Origin: Gemmatimonadaceae bacterium
GTDB taxonomy: Bacteria > Gemmatimonadota > Gemmatimonadetes > Gemmatimonadales > Gemmatimonadaceae
Assembly: GCA_045803545.1 (NCBI GenBank)
Contig: JBJMOW010000004.1
Span: forward strand, 736,001 to 800,000
Reading direction: 5' to 3'
DNA: 64,000 nt
The translations under genes were made by a program, and so were the position numbers. Under the pieces are notes generated by a model. That model saw only the letters and a program-made list of their open reading frames with translations, made no database searches and was not told the origin of the DNA. Each line of letters starts with the position of its first letter. The stretch's first letter is position 1. Of this stretch, positions 59,496 to 64,000 are shown piece after piece.

Positions 59496-60587
59496 TCAGG
59501 CAGTCCGGAGAACCGTGGTGGGCTCCGACTGGCTTAGCAGCTCACGCACCCGCGGAATGACTTCGCGACCATACAGCTCGATGCTTCGCATCATGGCCTC
59601 ATGAGGCAGCGGTCCCGAGCTGTATTTCAGCTGGAAACGCGACAGGCCGAGCGCCTTGACTGTTGCCGCGATTTTCCCAGCTACGACATCAGGTGAGCCG
59701 AGATACATTGACCCGCGCTCGATTTCCGACTCGAATTCGGCGCGGCTGGTCGGGCCCCAACCACGCTCGGCGCCGATTCGGTTGCGCATTTCGCGATAGG
59801 CCGGCCAGACAGTTTCGCGCGCCTCTTCGTCGGACTCCGCCACAAAGCCGGGTGAGTGAACGCCGATCGGTAGCTCGGGCATGCCGAGGTCGGCGAGTGA
59901 CTGCCGATAGAGATCGACGTATGGCAGGAAGCGACGCGGATTGCCGCCAATGATCGCGAGCATCAGTCGCATGCCGTAACGCGCGGCGCGCAGGACCGAT
60001 TCAGGACTGCCGCCAACGCCTACCCACGTTGTAAGTGCCTGCTCGGTAGCAGGGAATACACGCTGGTTGACGAGCGGAGCGCGCGTTGTTCCATGCCAGG
60101 TCACCGGCTCGCCCGTCCGATCTTTCTCGAGCAGTGCGGCGAATAGCTCGAGCCGCTCCTCGAACAGCGTCTCGTAATCGTCCAGCGAATAACCAAAAAG
60201 CGGGAACGACTCCGTAAACGAGCCCCGTCCGAGAATGATTTCGGCGCGTCCGTTCGAGATTGCATTGAGAGTGGAGAAGCGCTCAAACACACGGACTGGA
60301 TCATCCGAGCTGAGGACCGTCACGGAAGTTCCCAGCTTGATGCGGCTGGTCTGACCGGCAATGGCGGCGAGAACGATCTCGGGTGACGACACCGCGAAGT
60401 CGGGACGATGGTGTTCGCCGACGCCGAAGAAATCGACACCCAGCTGGTCTGCAAGCACTGCCTCGTCGACGACATGTCGAATGACCTGAGCGTGTGATTC
60501 AGAACTGCCGTCGGCGGCGCGGGTGACGTCGCCGAAGGTGTCGAGTCCAAGCTCGAGCTGAGCGTTCATTGATTGGGGGTCGTTCAT
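59496..60587 (-). CDS. LLM-class flavin-dependent oxidoreductase
   Basis: GVGEHHR, SSDDPVRV, GRGSFTES. Confidence 0.93.
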   Translation of the reverse strand: MNDPQSMNAQLELGLDTFGDVTRAADGSSESHAQVIRHVVDEAVLADQLGVDFFGVGEHHRPDFAVSSPEIVLAAIAGQTSRIKLGTSVTVLSSDDPVRVFERFSTLNAISNGRAEIILGRGSFTESFPLFGYSLDDYETLFEERLELFAALLEKDRTGEPVTWHGTTRAPLVNQRVFPATEQALTTWVGVGGSPESVLRAARYGMRLMLAIIGGNPRRFLPYVDLYRQSLADLGMPELPIGVHSPGFVAESDEEARETVWPAYREMRNRIGAERGWGPTSRAEFESEIERGSMYLGSPDVVAGKIAATVKALGLSRFQLKYSSGPLPHEAMMRSIELYGREVIPRVRELLSQSEPTTVLRTA

Positions 60588-60637
60588 GTTTATCGGTCGT
60601 TTCTGTCGTGAAAAGCGCTGGCCAGGCATGCGCAGTC

Positions 60638-60686
60638 CTATACTTTCTATAGTAAGAACTATACTTTAGCAAGTAACTAGTGTCAA
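60638..60686 (-). promoter_or_regulatory. LLM promoter with tandem HxlR-type boxes
   Basis: CTATACTTT-N4-AGTAA twice at 21-bp period; minus-strand TTGACA-17-TATAGT. Confidence 0.75.
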
Positions 60687-60713
60687 GCTAGCGTCGCCGC
60701 TATATTGATAAAC

Positions 60714-61133
60714 ATGCCACGCACCCGTGCCCGACGGCGAACGAGTCGGCCGAAACCAGTCGTTGCGCGCGCGCAGCTCAGCGACGACTCTGAACGCGAG
60801 GTCTGTGCGCGATTTCATCAGGCCATCGAGCTGATCGGGCGGCGATGGACTGGTGCGATCCTCCAAATCCTGCTCAAGGGCCCCGCGCGATTCAGCGTCA
60901 TCAAGTCCGCGCTTCCGGAGATGACCGATCGGATACTCAGCGAGCGATTGCGCGAGCTGCAGGCCGAGGGTCTGCTTAGCCGTTCGGCGTATCCGAGCGT
61001 CCCGGTGCGTGTCGACTACGCCCTGACCGAGAAGGCGCGTGACCTGACCCCGATGCTCGAGGGTCTCGCCGACTGGGCGCATCGTTGGCTTCCGGCACCC
61101 AGGGCGGAGCAGAAGCACTCACACCACCGTTGA
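60714..61133 (+). CDS. HxlR-family regulator
   Basis: C..F..AIELIGRRW, RVDYALTEKA. Confidence 0.92.
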   Translation: MPRTRARRRTSRPKPVVARAQLSDDSEREVCARFHQAIELIGRRWTGAILQILLKGPARFSVIKSALPEMTDRILSERLRELQAEGLLSRSAYPSVPVRVDYALTEKARDLTPMLEGLADWAHRWLPAPRAEQKHSHHR

Positions 61134-61257
61134 CGTTTACCGCACGTAGACATATCGGCCGTCCGGTAATGAAAGGACGACGGGCTCCATTTCGTAGCTC
61201 TGTTGGTCTAACCAGAAGAATTCACTTCATTCGCTGACCAATCGCGTCGAGGCAATA

Positions 61258-62703
61258 ATGTCGAAATCATGGCCATGCATGCTGGGCACGCTATTAATCG
61301 TGGTCGCGGGTTCAAGCCCCGCCCCCGCCCAAGCCACCGAAATCGTGGTAGCGCAAGGTCCGCAGGTCGCCGACTCTCCCGCTGAGCGACAGTTCCGCGC
61401 GTGGTTGGCGGCGTTCAACCAGGGCGATCGCGCGGCGCTGGAGAAGTTCATCAGCGACAACTATCCGTCCGCAGTCGGCAGAATCGATAACGAAATGAAT
61501 TTTCGCGCCGGCACCGGCGGGTTCGATTTCCGAAAAGCAGTGAGCGCGACTGCAACGGAGTTCACGGCGCTGGTTCAGGAAAAAAACTCTGACCAGTTCG
61601 CGCGAGCAGTATTAACGGTCGACTCGGGCGAGCCACACCGGATTCTCAGCCTCGGTCTTCGTGCCATTCCCCGTCCCCCGGAATTTGCCCTCCCTCGGCT
61701 GACTGAAGCCGAGCTGGTGAAAGAGCTGGGCCGCAAACTGAACGACGATTCCAGGAAGGGTTTGTTCTCGGGAGCGGTTCTGATCGCGCGCCAGGGCAAG
61801 CCCATTTTTTCGAGTGCCTACGGGATGGCCAATCGCGAGACGAAAGAGCCCAACAAGCTGACGACGCGTTTTCGCATGGGCTCGATGAACAAGATGTTCA
61901 CCGCGACGGCGATCATGCAGCTCGTGCAGGCGGGGAAGATCAAGCTCGACGATCCGCTCGGAAAATTTCTCACCGACTATCCCAACAAGGATGTCGCGTC
62001 GAAGGTGACCATCCATCATTTGCTGACTCACACCGGCGGGACCGGCGACATCTTCGGCCCCGAGTTCGACACCCACCGTCTCCAGCTTCGGACGCTCAAC
62101 GACTACATCAAGCTTTACGGCTCACGCGCTCTCGCGTTCCAGCCCGGGACGCAGTGGGACTACAGTAATTACGGATTCATTCTGCTCGGCGCGATCGTCG
62201 AGAAAGTTTCGGGGCAGAGCTACTACGACTACGTGCGCGATCACATCTTTACGCCGGCCGGTATGACACGCACGGCATCGGATCCGGAAGATGTGCTGGT
62301 TCCCGATCGCGCCATCGGCTACATGGGAGCTGGCGACGCATCGAAGCCAAACACGGAGACTCTTCCATATCGCGGCACGTCCGCAGGCGGCGGATACACG
62401 ACCGTCGAGGATCTGCTTCGCTTTGCCAACGCGCTCACCGGACACAAGCTCCTGAATGAGCGTTATACCGAACTGCTAACCACTGCCAAGCCGGAGACAG
62501 GTGATGCGCACTACGCCTACGGCTTCCAGGACGAAGTGCGCGGAGGTCTTCGCAGCTTCGGTCACAGTGGCGGCGCACCGGGCATGAATGGGGATCTGCA
62601 GATCTTTCCCCAGACCGGTTACGTCGTGATTGCGCTGGCCAACATGGACAGGGGAGCAGGAAGAACCACCAGCTGGATCTCGGAACGGCTGCCGGCAAAG
62701 TAG
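61258..62703 (+). CDS. Secreted serine hydrolase (beta-lactamase-like)
   Basis: SMNK, LLTHTGG, YSN, HSG. Confidence 0.92.
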   Translation: MSKSWPCMLGTLLIVVAGSSPAPAQATEIVVAQGPQVADSPAERQFRAWLAAFNQGDRAALEKFISDNYPSAVGRIDNEMNFRAGTGGFDFRKAVSATATEFTALVQEKNSDQFARAVLTVDSGEPHRILSLGLRAIPRPPEFALPRLTEAELVKELGRKLNDDSRKGLFSGAVLIARQGKPIFSSAYGMANRETKEPNKLTTRFRMGSMNKMFTATAIMQLVQAGKIKLDDPLGKFLTDYPNKDVASKVTIHHLLTHTGGTGDIFGPEFDTHRLQLRTLNDYIKLYGSRALAFQPGTQWDYSNYGFILLGAIVEKVSGQSYYDYVRDHIFTPAGMTRTASDPEDVLVPDRAIGYMGAGDASKPNTETLPYRGTSAGGGYTTVEDLLRFANALTGHKLLNERYTELLTTAKPETGDAHYAYGFQDEVRGGLRSFGHSGGAPGMNGDLQIFPQTGYVVIALANMDRGAGRTTSWISERLPAK

Positions 62704-62717
62704 CCGGTGCGAGCTTC

Positions 62718-63188
62718 TCACCGCGACTGATGCAGCTTCGTCTGCTGGTCCGGGGTGAGTACGTTCTTGATTCGGATCATCAGACTGAGCTGAGCTCGCT
62801 TGATTTCGCGCTCCACACCGAGCACGCGATCGACTTGCTCGAGCACCTGCGCTTCGTCCACTTTCGCCGGCTGTAGAAGGCGCTGCAGACTCTCTACCTC
62901 AGAGCTCATTTTGAACTGCAGCCCGACGAACTTGCTTTGGGCATCGGTCATCGCCTGCTGCACGGCGTTTCGCTGGGCGTCGCTCAGACCGATCGCGCGC
63001 TGGTTCGCCATGATCAGCTCGGGTGGGTATAGATAGCGCGCGATGGGGTCGCCGCCACCCGGCCCGCAATCGCTGGCGGGATGCGGAGTTCCATCGATCA
63101 CGCACCCTGGGCCCCGGTTTGGATCCTGGGCATGCGCAACTGACGTGACTCCCACAACGAGCGCTATTACCGCAAAAGTTTTTCGCAT
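62718..63188 (-). CDS. Periplasmic Spy/CpxP/heavy-metal-sensor-like protein
   Basis: Signal peptide; LSDAQ and LTPDQ motifs. Confidence 0.8.
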   Translation of the reverse strand: MRKTFAVIALVVGVTSVAHAQDPNRGPGCVIDGTPHPASDCGPGGGDPIARYLYPPELIMANQRAIGLSDAQRNAVQQAMTDAQSKFVGLQFKMSSEVESLQRLLQPAKVDEAQVLEQVDRVLGVEREIKRAQLSLMIRIKNVLTPDQQTKLHQSR

Positions 63189-63207
63189 CAGATCTCCTTG
63201 GTTTCGA

Positions 63208-63582
63208 TCAATCGGTTTTTGTGAGAGGCGTGCTCCTGATGCCATCGAAGACGGAAGAGAGCAGGGGCGGCGGCGGCAACAGACTGTGCGCCGCCGACCG
63301 CAGCAGGCTGGCGGTCGGCGATTGCCAGGCAGTGATGGTTGTTGGCTCGGCACCGCGCCGAGGCGCGGCTCGGTTCCAGGGCTGCGCGACGAGCAACGCA
63401 ATGATTAGGATCGACGCTGCCCAGGCGAGCCATTGCACAACTTGCCGGCGATTACGTGGCATTCTTCCCGACCGAAGCGCGGCCCAGTTCCGAATGGGCT
63501 CGAACGGCGGTGCGCCGCGCAGATCGTGCTCACGCATCGCCTCGAACCGGGCGCGGAGCTCGTCGTGGTTCAATTCAGTCAC
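63208..63582 (-). CDS. Putative single-TM anti-sigma factor
   Basis: WLAWAASILII TM; overlaps the sigma gene stop. Confidence 0.65.
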   Translation of the reverse strand: MTELNHDELRARFEAMREHDLRGAPPFEPIRNWAALRSGRMPRNRRQVVQWLAWAASILIIALLVAQPWNRAAPRRGAEPTTITAWQSPTASLLRSAAHSLLPPPPLLSSVFDGIRSTPLTKTD

Positions 63583-64000
63583 CTATGGTCCTCATCACCG
63601 AGCTTTTGGGCGAGCGCCTTCTTGCCACGCTCGTAGTGCGTGCGCGCAGAGCCGAGCGAGACACTCATCACGCCGGCAGCTTCATTGATCGTCAGGCCGT
63701 GATAGAACACCAGCTGTAATACCTCTCTCTGTCGTCTCGACAAATCGTTGAGCGCGTGAATCAAGCGCGCGCGCAGATCCGACTGTTCGACCGTCTCGTC
63801 GGCGCCGCGCGCCGAGTCGACGAAATCTTCGGCCGCCGTGGCGCTCACATGCCGCCGCTTCCAGAACAATTGTCGGCGTCGCTCGCCAAGCGCGGTCCAC
63901 CGAATTACGCCGAACACCCACGTCTTGAGAGTCGAATCGCCGTTGAAGAGTGCGCGTCGCGAAATGATGCTCACATACGCTGTCTGCAGGACATCCTCCG
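63579..64000 (-). CDS. ECF RNA polymerase sigma factor, 5'-truncated by the window
   Basis: EDVLQ...LKTWVF; region 4 LSRRQREV...SLGSARTHYERG. Confidence 0.92.
   Translation of the reverse strand, partial: EDVLQTAYVSIISRRALFNGDSTLKTWVFGVIRWTALGERRRQLFWKRRHVSATAAEDFVDSARGADETVEQSDLRARLIHALNDLSRRQREVLQLVFYHGLTINEAAGVMSVSLGSARTHYERGKKALAQKLGDEDHR

Noticed and set aside
61134..61257. Hairpin-containing intergenic region as riboswitch or ribozyme
   Set aside because: No conserved core motif recognisable by eye; would need an Rfam search

Overview
A GC-rich bacterial chromosomal segment of about 60 CDSs. Gene content suggests a Gemmatimonadota-like soil organism, but this is inference only. It is dominated by secreted hydrolases and lipoproteins, a MexEF-OprN-like RND pump with a TetR regulator, two TonB-dependent receptors each preceded by a Cys/His-rich leader ORF, and many small regulator-target pairs with visible palindromic operators and apparently leaderless promoters. 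An AT-richer island carries a Lamassu/ABC-three-component defence operon. I saw no rRNA, tRNA, CRISPR array or transposase/integrase. The best novelty candidate is absent from the ORF track: a leaderless 32-codon, 11-Cys ORF (8231-8329) with alternative RNA helices and an intrinsic terminator. It lies directly upstream of a clade-D beta-carbonic anhydrase (the COS/CS2 hydrolase clade), suggesting a cysteine-sensing attenuator that controls sulfur scavenging. Also notable is a chimeric scar (36337-36570) showing two alternative cargo blocks stacked between a TonB receptor and an S9 peptidase.
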